From positions 1 to 47,532 of the forward strand of contig ADNK01000863.1 of the NCBI GenBank assembly GCA_000320545.1: a stretch of DNA of 47,532 nucleotides, in the 5' to 3' direction. Positions within the stretch are counted from its first letter, which is position 1, and the number at the start of each line of letters is the position of its first letter. The translations under genes were made by a program, and so were the position numbers. The stretch comes from Bigelowiella natans CCMP2755. Taxonomy: Eukaryota; Protista; Cercozoa. Of the stretch, positions 1 to 11,259 are shown one piece after another. The notes beneath the pieces were generated by a model. That model had not been told where the DNA came from, ran no database searches, and saw only the letters and a program-made list of their open reading frames with translations.

Positions 1-250
1 GTGTAGGAGTATGAGAGGAGGAGGTGGAGGAGGAGGAGGAAGAAGCAAAAGAAGAAGAAGTCGAAAAGACCTTATTGCTTCAATTTTGTTGTTGAGAAAT
101 GGTGAAATCAATTAATGGATAAAAGACTGAATGTCGGTTTAAGGCGGACGACTAAATTGTTTCCTTTTGCTTATTTTTGTGGTCTCCTCCTCCTCCTCTT
201 CCTCCTCCTCCTTCCCGTCGTCATCTATCGCATCCCTCGCTGCTGCGTAG

Positions 251-344
251 ATATAAGGAGATTCGTGATTTGCACGTCTATGCATTGGGACAATGGCTGC
301 ATACGAAGGTCAGTCACGATAAGGAAGAGGGAGGCAGGGGTCAA

Positions 345-412
<68 letters not shown>

Positions 413-564
413 TTGTGTGTATGTAAAAACTGATCTTCATCCGTCCTAATGTTGTCACTCTCTCCCCCCCCCTCTATCTTGTTTCCTCCTTTGCTCGTAG
501 GCCGGTGAGGTGCGGAAACGGTACGATGAGGTGAAGAAAAGCTCCATAGTTCAGCAGGTTGTTG

Positions 565-611
<47 letters not shown>

Positions 612-666
612 CAGTGGATCATGGAGAGAGGGAAGAAGGGGATGAAGAGGAGGTTATACATATATT

Positions 667-705
<39 letters not shown>

Positions 706-1503
706 GGCTCCGACACTACAATAGGCCAGATGAAGGATGTAGTCAAAAAACTCAAGGTTTGCTCGATTCACGGCTGTGATTGATCTTCCTGCACATTTCT
801 ATTTCACCAATGATATCCGAAACTTGACGCCGCCATTCTTGAGAATACTACGACTGCAAGAAGAAGAAGAGTAAGTTGTTCTTCCTAATCCCTTTGCTCT
901 CCCCCCCTCGTCTCTCTTTCTCTCTCTCGCTCTCTCTCTCCCTCTCTCTCTCTCTTTCTCTCTCCTCTTCCAGACCACCAGTGCGGAGCACAACTGGCTC
1001 CAAATCCACAGGTAGTATTCCTGTTGCTGTTGCTGCCTGTTGTTGTATTATTGTTGTGCTTGCATTGCTACCAAAGGAGATTATGCTATCTCTTCTAAAA
1101 TGAACAAGAACACTTTGGTGATGCTGCCTTTAAATGTTAAATGTCTCGATTCATTCGAATCACCTCCTTCCTCCTCCCTCCTCCCCCCTCCCTGCTGCTG
1201 CTCACTACCAGCAACTTGGCCCATCACCTGAATAGCCTAGTCTTCCGTCTCACTTTTGACCAGAAAATCGAGAAGGTAGTAGGTGTGCTTGCTGCTGCTG
1301 CTGTTCTAGGGGATGGCGGTGATGGTGGTGTGCAGTTTGGTGCGAATGATGATGACGATGACGACGATGATGATGATGATGATGATGATGGAAAAGAGTA
1401 GTAAAGAACACTAAGAAGGAAGGTAATTCTTGCAATAGGAGCTGTATCGTTGCAGTTCAGAGCATATTATATACCATCACCACGTTTGTTTCTTGCTTGC
1501 TGG

Positions 1504-1534
<31 letters not shown>

Positions 1535-2300
1535 GAAGGAAATTTCCATGGTTGGAGGGTCTGACAGCGTCGAGGACTTTGTCGAGGCGCAGATCTCCAA
1601 AGTATTATAATACGCGCACTCTTATTATTATTGATGCATGATGATGAAAGAACAATGATGACAATGATGATGATGATGATGATGATGATAATAAGTAGCA
1701 GTCCCGTTTCGCTGATAGCACCACATTGCCATCATTTAACATCCCACATAATCCCTCAAGGCCAATACGTTCTCCGAGTGTGTGCGACTGTTCGCACTGA
1801 TGACCAACACGCGCTACGTTGCCCAGAAGAAATACACTTTCTTTCTCAATGAGATCGTGCAGGCGTTTGGCTATGATCACCTTTTTGCGTTAAGGAACCT
1901 CGAGCAGGTGGTTCTTCTTCTTCTTCTTCTTCTTCGTCTTCTTCTTCTTCTTTTTCTTCTGGTTGCTTGCATTGCCTGTCGTCCTGCCTCCTCCTTCTAT
2001 CCCCAATTTCTCTTGCTCGACAATGAAGATGACTGTACCCACCAGACTCTTTCTTTATTTTCTTCCAAGACACTTTCCACGCATCATTGCCGATCGCTGC
2101 CAATTCGTGCATTCATTTATTTTCAGGTGGGAGTGTTACCAGACGAGGGGCGGAGATACAATTGTCCATGGACAAACGTTCGTCGGCGATTTGACCTTTA
2201 CAAAGACGAAGTGGACGCCAAGAAGCAGGATGGCCTGTTCTATGTCTTCGGGGGGTATTCCCCTCTCTCCGCGCGCATCGTCGAGTAAGAGACGATGATA

Positions 2301-2333
<33 letters not shown>

Positions 2334-2780
2334 CAGGCATCGTTCTCCTCAGCTCATTCTTGCATGTGATGGAGTTCCAAGAAATGTGAGATGGGCTGCC
2401 GTGTGCGTTTTGCGTGGTGTCGTTGCTTGGCGGTCAGATACGCGACGAACGGCAACTGGCTCAAAGTAAAGGACGCCTTGGATCAACTACCGGGCGGAGT
2501 CGTTGAAACCACGCAGCCTGTGAAGTCCAGACCGACCGTCGAGGATGGGGGCAGGAGAAGTGGTAGCTCCGAGTCGAAGAAAAAGCTCCCTACTAGCCTG
2601 GTAGTATTCGTGGGCGGCGTCACATATGCCGAGATCTCTGCCTTAAGAAAACTTGGTAAGATGAAGAATCGGAACTACATCATTGCTACTTCGCACTTCA
2701 CTAATGGAAATAAACTCATAAACGCGCTTAAAGAGCCCTTAATGACAAAGCCACGTGCCGGTGGGAGTCTCAGAAAATGA
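251..2780 (+). CDS. VPS33: Sec1/Munc18-family protein VPS33 (HOPS/CORVET subunit), multi-exon, 5'-partial
   Basis: Phase-consistent exons: 251-308 (YKEIRDLHVYALGQWLHTK), 501-~530/557, 706-756 (GSDTTIGQMKDVVKKLK), 974-1011, 1212-1275 (SNLAHHLNSLVFRLTFDQKIEK), 1539-1601, 1761-1907 (VRLFALMTNTRYVAQKKYTFFLNEIVQAFGYDHLFALRNLEQ), 2127-2284 (…GLFYVFGGYSPLSARIVE) and 2438-2780 (…LVVFVGGVTYAEISALRKL…YIIATSHFTNGNKLINAL). These follow VPS33 C-terminal motifs in order (recalled alignment). Confidence 0.93.
347..423. repeat. Compound (AT)n-(GT)n microsatellite in a VPS33 intron, representative of dozens of intronic microsatellites across the window
   Basis: Seen directly. Similar (AT)n, (GT/AC)n, (CT/AG)n, (GAT/CAT)n, (GAG/CTC)n and (TAG/CTA)n tracts occur, e.g. 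at 568-610, 7665-7702, 9901-9953, 26135-26175, 32228-32327 and 44520-44596. Confidence 0.98.
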
Positions 2781-3433
2781 TAGATGTCGAAGCTCTGCTT
2801 AACGACAAATAGCACAACGTATTGTGAATTTAGTCCTGTGGTGCTTTCGGAAGTCGTTATTCACATGCATCCAATTGTAACATGTACATCATCTCCGATC
2901 GTTGTCGTAAATAAACACATAAAAGTATAAGTTATATGTACGAAGCCGTTACTGTTCCCGCCTGCCTTATGCTCGCATGCGATGCGCGCTGCTATTGTCT
3001 AGATGCACTCTTCTCCGCCTGCTTTGTTGTCACATTGTCCTATCCGGTAAGTGTTGCCGTACCTAGTTGTCGTACCAACACTGTCTTGGGTCGTCTGTAA
3101 TAATAAGATTCTTTGTTGTCCTTCATATAAATGTCTAGATGTGACAATTCTGGTGTAGCTAGCAATGTTAACTTTCTGACAGACGCTGCGTAGTCCTACC
3201 TAAATGTCAGCTGTTTTATCATGCGTTGCCGCATACATACATGCAATGCAATGTTAGGTAGCACTTATCGCGTCGAAGCAAAGCGACTGACAAAAGCGCG
3301 GCATGTACAAGACGGGTGTAATATAATTAATCAATTAAATTTGTTCAATAGTCATCCTTATGTAGCTGTGCAATGCAGCGGCTACAGTGCTAATGTTGAA
3401 TTTGTTGGTCTCAGCTATGATGTGTCTCTAAAT

Positions 3434-3484
<51 letters not shown>

Positions 3485-3787
3485 GCATAGCTTGTTAGTG
3501 TCCAGGTAGCACTTGTAAGAACGAGGTCACTCAATGTATAAATGCTGATTGCTGCTGGTCATGCAGTAATTATGATCGATTGCTACATACCTTCACAGCA
3601 AACTTAATTCTGCTAGATTCATTTATGTATTTACTCTAAGTTTTCACTGGCTTTACACATAATGCATACTACCGACACTACTGTAGCCGAGAAATCAACT
3701 ATGTGAACGTGTGGAATATCCCACACAGGCTTGTGCTTTATCATTGATTAAGATTGAACTATTTATAGCTGTTATACAGGGAAATAT

Positions 3788-3931
3788 CTAGCTCACGAAA
3801 TAAAGGTCCTCCACGAGGTCCTTCATCGTTGCGTCTTTCCCACTTACGTATTCGTGGATATATTGGATTTTGGTGTCTTCTCCCTGAGATATTAATGCGG
3901 GAGTACTCAAATGTCAACGTAATCGTCACAG

Positions 3932-3967
<36 letters not shown>

Positions 3968-4511
3968 TATCCTCCGATTCTCTATAATAATCATCATTGT
4001 GAGCATGGCTTAGAGAACGGTAGCTCAAATAATAACCACCTGAGACACACGCAGCTCCCCATCGTTGTAAAGAGTTTTTAATACATCTGAGTTCTGGCGT
4101 TATGCGTAATACGAAGAATCAATCTCCACCCACCACTACCATTACCACACTCATCAGATCATCATAATCGGCACCTTCGGAGCTTTGAAGAGTGGGATTT
4201 CGCGAATGCCCGGCAGTTTCAGCACGAATTTGTCAACGGTGAGCCTAGTCCTTCCCGGGCCTACACTCACTAGATCGGCCCCCCCGATTAACCTACTTGA
4301 TCATTTCCGAGTATCTCTCTAAATTGTTTACAGAGGATGACATCGAATGGGAAGAATACAGGCGCTCACGCCCTTTCCCCATCGTGTGTGTTTAGTTACC
4401 GGGGGGAATCGCTTTCAGGACCCCACTTTACGATATTCGCGCCTCGGGTTCCTTTTATCACCTGTTATTGAGTTAATAATTTGTAGCAAAGGACAGGTCT
4501 ACATGCACCAG

Positions 4512-4551
<40 letters not shown>

Positions 4552-5341
4552 GATATAGAGGGGGGGGGGGGGGGGGAAACCTGGAACGTCTTCGCAAGCA
4601 GCACGAGATCTGGTGTAGAGAATGGGTTGATAGCAGAGGTAGGCGAAGACCACAGCAGTCTCCACACTCCTAAGAAATGAGAACAGAAGAAACATTCTGA
4701 GCGAATCCTTACAATCACTACGATTTAACGTTTATCACCTCCTTTAACGGGCTTTCTGAATTGTGATTTTCCTTCGGTGGCGAGTGACAACCGAGTGATG
4801 GCTAAAAATCATTATGTGACAAGGGTGTTACGAAAGCAGCAGATGCATGATCGTTGTTTGGGAAGTAACATGTCAATGACCCTCTTCGACTTTTAATCGA
4901 TTCCAAGGGCTCTGACGCAATTTCACTAGATCGAGCTGAGTATTCGGGAATTAATACAACAAAAGACGACGAATTTGGACCACAGTTCAAATATTATTGT
5001 CTGGGCATCATTTTTAAACGAGAAGTTTAATTGGGAGATACGTGCTGTTTAGTTCGAATATATGAGCGAAAGCTTTGAAAACAGAAAGGTGATAATAACG
5101 AGTGACATCCAACCAGGTCATCTTTTGGGAGCTGAGCTTTCATCGTTGTCTTCCTTCTTAGAAGCTGATTTTGAGCCGGCGAAACGAATCGTTGATGAGA
5201 TGTTTGACGATGCGAAAGTGGAAGGCCAAGCTGCATTGCAACGCTCGAGGATCTTCCCGCTAACTGTTTGTCTCTGAAAAGTACGTTCCCAAGAGCTGAA
5301 GTGATGCTCAAAATAAGAGTTATTTTCATTAGTTCGGCCAT
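3788..5341 (-). CDS. Plastid lipid-associated protein / fibrillin (PAP_fibrillin domain) with bipartite plastid-targeting leader
   Basis: Exon 1 (5341-5114) encodes MAELMKITLILSITSALG (signal-like) followed by a Ser/Arg/Gln-rich, acid-poor transit-like stretch. The spliced product continues LDLVKLRQSPWNRLKVEEAITRL…GGVWRLLWSS…TFQ|VIKGTRGANIVKW…RLIGGADL…RTRLTVDKFVLKL…|NSDVLKTLYNDGELRVSQ|GEDTKIQYIHEY…LYFVS*. G-x-W-x-L-x-W/Y and Y-x-D-x-x-L-R-x-S are fibrillin hallmarks. All junctions are GT-AG and in phase. Confidence 0.85.
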
Positions 5342-5769
5342 TGCGATTATAGCCGGATGGCTTTCCCGGCTCCCCTAGTCTTTTGTTAGTCTGCCAAAGT
5401 CGACGTTGATGCAGGTGGGGGGATTCGTGTGGTCGGAATTGCTCGGCGTTACCACAATAAATTTAAGATGTTTCCCGTATGTTTTATGACAGATTGTCAC
5501 GTCGAATTCACCCGAAATTCTGTTCGTTAATTTTCCGATTCAAACTTCTGAAGATCGAGGTTCACAGTCTTAGGTTTAGCATTATTTGGACTGAATATTC
5601 GGAACGAATTCCCCTGTAATTTGTTAGGAGCGTCTACCCCAGATAAATGTCGTACGCCTCTTTTGCCGCAATACACTAAATATAAAGAGATTTCTTTACT
5701 GCGACAATGGTTATTTGTGTCATACTTTGCAAAGACGACATACAAGTCGGACGACACCAAATAGAAACC
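5342..5769. promoter_or_regulatory. Putative bidirectional promoter (fibrillin / TPP1-like)
   Basis: A gap of about 430 nt with no microsatellites between two divergent start codons. Inferred from gene geometry only. Confidence 0.55.
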
Positions 5770-7656
5770 ATGCCTTGGATGCACCTGCCTCTCTTGCTCT
5801 TCCTGGCGCTTGTCTCGGCTTCCCCGTCAGACTCGCACGCAGAGATCGTTGTTGGCTTAAAGCTTCAACGCCTTGATGCTCTCGAGAAGGCTTTTTGGGG
5901 TATCATCACCATCTATGCTCGTTAACATTTTTTTCATTCGATGCTGATGGTCAAACTTGTAAATAACTTGCACCGATCTCTTCAGAAATATCGAATCCTC
6001 ATTCCTCCCAGTATTTGTCGTTCATGAACATCACCACGCTTTCGGAGATGATTGGGCCAACGCCTGCGACAGTGGACCGCGCGAGGACGTGGCTACTTGC
6101 ACACGGCGCGGATCCTCAGAGTCTTCGCTATTCTGCTCTGGGCGATCGAATCACCGCAAGGGTACCGAATCTTCTAGGGGCAACAGTAGATCAGATTACC
6201 AACGTCGCTCATGGAGATGGAGACTTCGATTTTGTTCTTTATCGTAGTGGCAACAGCAAAGTCCCATCATCTCAATCGAGGCCTAAGCAGCCATTCTCCT
6301 CTTCTTCCTCGCTTTCCAGCCAGCGGTATTCCATCAAGGCTCAGAAAGCGGCGTATGGCATCCCTAACGATCTGCAGGCATCAGATCCAAGGACATTGCA
6401 GATGGTATGGGGGCCGGGGACCTTTGGATACTCGAAATCACAGCTCAGTGCATTCAAGGATGAACAGTGTCCTCTACTTAATATGGATAAGGTCCTATTC
6501 GACACAGAGAACCATGGCGAGTCCGGTGGCGACAACTACGGAGAGGGGAATCTTGACGTCTCGATGATTGCAAGCTTTGGTCTCAACATCACCACACTAG
6601 TAAGCAACACCAACACCTCCATGTCAACAGAGGAGGGCAATGGCTTTGGCGAGGCGATGCTTGACTTCCTCACCTCGCTTGCCAATCGCGAAACGCTTCC
6701 CCAAGTCCTCTCTCTCTCGCTCGGCTCCCTCTCCGCCTACAGCTGCGACCTATTGTGCGAAGAAGCTGAGAAGAAAGGCCACGCAAAGTCTGACTGCAAC
6801 GCCTTCCTGCAGGAGCAGCGCCAGGTGTGCATGTTCCTCACTCAGAAGCAAGTCGGCCGCATCAGTACCGCACTGCAGGTGCTCGGCGTGCGCGGTGTGT
6901 CAGTATTCGGTTCGTCTGGAGACGGAGGCAGCCATTTCTCTTTCGACCGATTCGAAGGCGGCTCTGCTCTTGCTGATGACCTGAACGAGATCTCATGCTC
7001 TTTCCAGATGCCAGTTTTCCCCACAGGCTCTCCCTATATTACGAGTGTTGGAGGGACCTTGTGGAAGGGAACTCTTTTCCCTGACCCTTCGCATCCCGTG
7101 GCTTGGCCTCGAAGTGGCGGCGGTTTCGCTTGGCAGTTTCCGCGACCAGCGCACCAGGATAACATGATCAAGGACTACCTCCAATCTACTGCCGGTCTGC
7201 CCCCTCCCTCATCGTACAACTCCTCAGCACGGGGATATCCTGACGTGTCCGCCATTTCCGAGGATGGTACGTCACAGTCGAGTCCGACCGTAGCTGGAAT
7301 ATTCTCGCTACTCATGGACATGAGGCTTCAGGCTGGCCTCAAGCCTCTGGGCTTCTTGGGTCCGCGTTTGTACATGGTTGCGGAGAAGTTCCCTGGCGAG
7401 GCGTTTCAGGATGTGACGGAGGGAAGCTCCGCATATCATTGCGACAACGGGTTCCCGTCTGCGAAAGGTTGAATGCTTTCTTTAGTGGGAAAGTAAAGAG
7501 AAAACATTTTTGACAGAGAAGAAAAGAGGCTAACAGCCGAGGGGGGACTGGTTAGATTATGTGTCGGTAGATTTGAGGGTTGTTCACAGCAAACACATAC
7601 ACGCACACACACATATATATAGACAGACAGAAAGACAGATATTTATATATGTATAC

Positions 7657-7706
<50 letters not shown>

Positions 7707-7919
7707 GAGAGCAAGAGAAGCGGGTGTTAGGAATATGACGTCAATGGCGTCAAGTAGGAGTTCCACTCTAATATAATCCCCATTATCGTTATTAATATCG
7801 TTTTATTATGTTATTCGATTTGCTCTTCAGGCTGGGATCCAGTCACTGGTCTCGGGCGTCCAGTTTGGCAGGGTTTAATGAAACATTTTGCATCAGATGA
7901 TGACACCTTGCTCTCATAG
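5770..7919 (+). CDS. TPP1: Sedolisin (peptidase S53) / tripeptidyl-peptidase I-like secreted or lysosomal serine protease, 3 exons
   Basis: Exons 5770-5899, 5986-7467 and 7831-7919. Signal peptide MPWMHLPLLLFLALVSA and an activation prodomain (VGLKLQRLDALEKAFWEISNPHSSQY). Catalytic motifs: YGEGNLDV (Glu/Asp), SSGDGG (oxyanion Asp) and GTSQSSP (Ser). Ca-site motifs FQDVTEG and GWDPVTGLG. Confidence 0.92.
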
Positions 7920-8927
7920 TTTGATCATGACCAATCGTGCATCATCATCTATACTAAGCTGAACTCTGGCGGGCTAAATCGATGCATGCGAACTTTGAAT
8001 GTAATAAAGCTCGATCCTGTACAAGTTACTTTTATTAATAGTGCAAGTTGTGGTGCAATATTCTATATCTAGCGGCGTGTACGTAGGCCAAGTGTGTGTT
8101 CTGCATGAACAGCACGGCTTTGCCTCGTGGCGGACCGCCCAGCCTGCTTCGGCTCGCGCGCCGTCTAAGATACGCGCGTGCGAGTGCATGCATGCGTGCA
8201 CGATTCAAGCAAATGGCTATATGGCTAACACTAAAGCTCAAGCCACAGCAGAATGCAACAATGCACGTACATACGTGCGCAGTGTGTGTCTGGATCGCAT
8301 GCGTGCGTCGTTGCCTCGCACATGCTACGTACTACGTGCGTGCTACTACAACGATCGTCGATTATAATATTATAATCGTATATATAATCGATATCAGGAG
8401 CGTGCCATCGCCTATATATATACGTAATAATGTGACAATAATATGCTGTACGTAGATCGAGATACATGCGACCTGAGACGGATCGATGTAATAATGAAGT
8501 GATTAAATCTTTTCATTAGTCACACTGTTGTAGCTATGCAAAGCAGCGGCTATATATACGACAGCGACGTGCAATGGGTGTGTGCCCGCTGTTGTTCAGT
8601 CATATAGGCCAGCAACAAGACCGCCCCAGCATCGCATGCGCCCGCACATTCATTTATCACGTATTGCACGTGCATCGATGCGACTCGACAATAAACTCTT
8701 CGATCTGCACACCACATAAACATGTGCGCGCCTATATACGTTTCTATAACTAGCCATGTGTAACAGTCATTCTAGCATTGAAGGGTTCAAACGTGCGCTC
8801 ATTATTGAATAATGAGCAAAATGAGCAAGAAGTAAATGTGTACAATTAACTGCAACAGCGAAATCCCTTCCTATAATATATACGGATCGAGCATGCCATT
8901 AAACCTGGTTTACCTCATACTCTTTAC

Positions 8928-9898
8928 CTATTGTTTCCTTGCTTGTATCGACATTCTTCTCGTCTCCATATCTCTTACGAAATCTTTAACTACTTTCTCA
9001 GTCATATACTTTTCAGATTGAGTACGATTTCCTAGCACCATTTCCTTCTCCCTATACAGTTTCAACCATAATTAGTAAAACAGTACTCCTCAATACTTTG
9101 TACACATTGGAAAGAAAAAGGTTGAGGACATTTCTTTTTGATTCTGGAGCAGGTCAAGATATTGGGAGCCTTTGCTGTCCTCTTCAAAGGGATCTACACC
9201 ATTCCCAAGCAATATTGCGAGAACCTACAAAATTTCGAAAATAACACTTGGGTGATAATGATTGGAAATCAATTCATTCGTAAGCTGACCTCGTTGTTGA
9301 CTATTTCTGACCAACTTTGTTTATTGGCGAGGACGTGAATAAGGTTCCATCCCTGAAAGAGAGTGAAAATGCTGTAAACTACGTCCTTTGCTGACAACAT
9401 CTTGCAATCCCAGAACAAACCTCTTTTGTTTTTATATTCACATCAGCTTTTTTGTCGAGCAGAAGCTGCGCAGTTACGGGTAGCTCTAGCCTGCAAGCTC
9501 TCTGTAGGGGAGAATAACCCTGAATTACCCGAATAATTATGATAAGTAAAGAAGATCTTTCTCTTGACAAATGTTGAGTATAATCTTCAGTCTAGGCTAC
9601 CCTATCCATTTGGTTTGGATCGCATTTCGCCTCGAGGAGAATCTATGTATACATTGTTTTTGGGCAGGGTGACAAAGGGCACTCAGAATATGTCGACTAC
9701 AAAACAAGATGTGTGTAGCAGCTCACCAGAGCACACTCCGCAATCGATTCATCCGATATAGGTTCCTTTCAGAAACATAGTGTCTTACAGGATGCTCAAC
9801 AAGAGGTATATATTCATCGTCGCTGAACCTCATTACGAAGAAAATCTTGGTTCTGCATTGCTTCCAAACAAGTCTGACAAAGGTTTATGTATACTTGC

Positions 9899-9957
<59 letters not shown>

Positions 9958-10034
9958 TATGTTTGTGCGTGTGTGTGCGCTCGCGCGTGAACGTGCGTGT
10001 AAGATAGATGCGTATATATCGGTAGAAGCACACA

Positions 10035-10080
<46 letters not shown>

Positions 10081-10470
10081 TAATAATTTATGTATCACCC
10101 TTGCTGCCAAAGGGTGAGCAAGAGAAATGGCGAATTCTAAGGGAGTTTTCTCCGCGATTGTAAATTCCTATAGTTCCAAAAATGTGAGCAATGATTATAT
10201 TTGAGCTTTGATTTATGATAACAAAAATACCCTCAACAGCTCAGGTTTTTGTATAAGAGCACTTTTCATCTGAAGCAAAAACAAATACTTCATTCTGGGA
10301 AACACTACCAGGAGTCTAGTACTATTCAGTGCTTGCTGCGGTGCACCGACAAGGTCAACATCAGAATTAAGAAGTCCTGTCTTGAATTTCGTCTCAAGTT
10401 TCTCGATATTGGGTGATTTATCATCTTCCGGTTCATGTTGTAAAACCGTGCCAGATGCGCCACATCCCAT
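8928..10470 (-). CDS. Ankyrin-repeat protein with N-terminal MGCGAS myristoylation/palmitoylation motif
   Basis: Starts MGCGASGTVLQ at 10470. Spliced ankyrin repeats read KTPLEFAISLAHPLAAR|ILLEAKCDPNQMDR|GYSPLQRACRLELPVTAQLLLDKKADVNIKTKE|GWNLIHVLANK…|VLAILLGNGVDPFEEDSK. The last exon (9031-8928) is inferred through a GC-AG intron, so the 3' end is less certain. Confidence 0.8.
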
Positions 10471-10561
10471 TTTCCTGAAAGACAATATCGCCAAGATTCA
10501 TTGTTTCATTTGCCATCCGAAGAAGGAGCGAAAGCTTCCAGCTTTCCGACAAAATTGACTG

Positions 10562-11259
10562 ATGGGATTTTGCCAGGACGAAATGCAAGTACAAGATTCA
10601 TTGTCCTTTGCCAACGAAGTATGCACCGATTCATTGCACACTACCATTGATTCCCCCCCCTCCCTTAATCATTGACCATGAACCTTCAGGGTAGCCTATG
10701 TGGAATTTGGATGTGAAAAGAAACTGCCAGGTAGAACTACGAGTAACGATTTCGTTTCCGATCTCACGATGGAGGGGATTCAACACCTGCGACATCAAAT
10801 ACCTCTCAAGTTTCGCAAGTATGTCCTGAATGTTAATATGCGACCGCTGGCCGATTCTTCTCAACAAATCTGGAAAGACCACAGTGAATATTATGTGCGA
10901 CATGAGCTCAGACCAGACGCTTACCACAAAACCTGTCCCTTTTGCAAATGTCGGATCCGAGACCATCTTCCTCTTCCTCCTCATCACAATGTTCAAAGTT
11001 CCAAAGGATTTTTGCAAGAGGCGCTGCGTGTGCACGTCAGCTGCGACTGCAACAAGTTTCTGATGTGCATGTCTCTGCAAACGTCGCACATTTTCACGTC
11101 TAGACGTTGCGACTGCAACGGTGAGAATCTTGGGTCATTTCAAAGTGCTTCAAACGCCCCGATCCATCTTCACACACACACACACACACACACACACATG
11201 CAACCACAGTTCCGTTGAGGAATGCACGAACTGCAAACTGCGACCCGACGAGTGATTGA
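10562..11259 (+). CDS. Putative Cys/His-rich protein of unknown function (exon structure ambiguous)
   Basis: Microsatellite-free open frame at ~10690-11120 (VAYVEFGCEKK…HKTCPFCKCRIRDH…HVSCDCNKFLMC…RRCDCN). It is flanked by plausible splice sites (ccttcag at 10689, gtgaga at 11121, ccacag at 11209). No family was recognised, and an antisense ORF of similar length overlaps it. Confidence 0.35.

Noticed and set aside
3690-4395. A plus-strand spliced 'gene' with an HExxH motif (…KVLHEVLH…EDDIEWEEYRRSRPFPIVCV*)
   Set aside because: It is the antisense shadow of the fibrillin exons. It needs weak or non-canonical junctions, whereas the minus-strand model gives a coherent known domain with canonical in-phase splicing.
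5351-5371. Hairpin AGCCGG-N9-CCGGCT 10 nt upstream of the fibrillin ATG, considered as a structured RNA or SECIS element
   Set aside because: The stem is only 6 bp, there is no SECIS core or tRNA features, and it is expected by chance.
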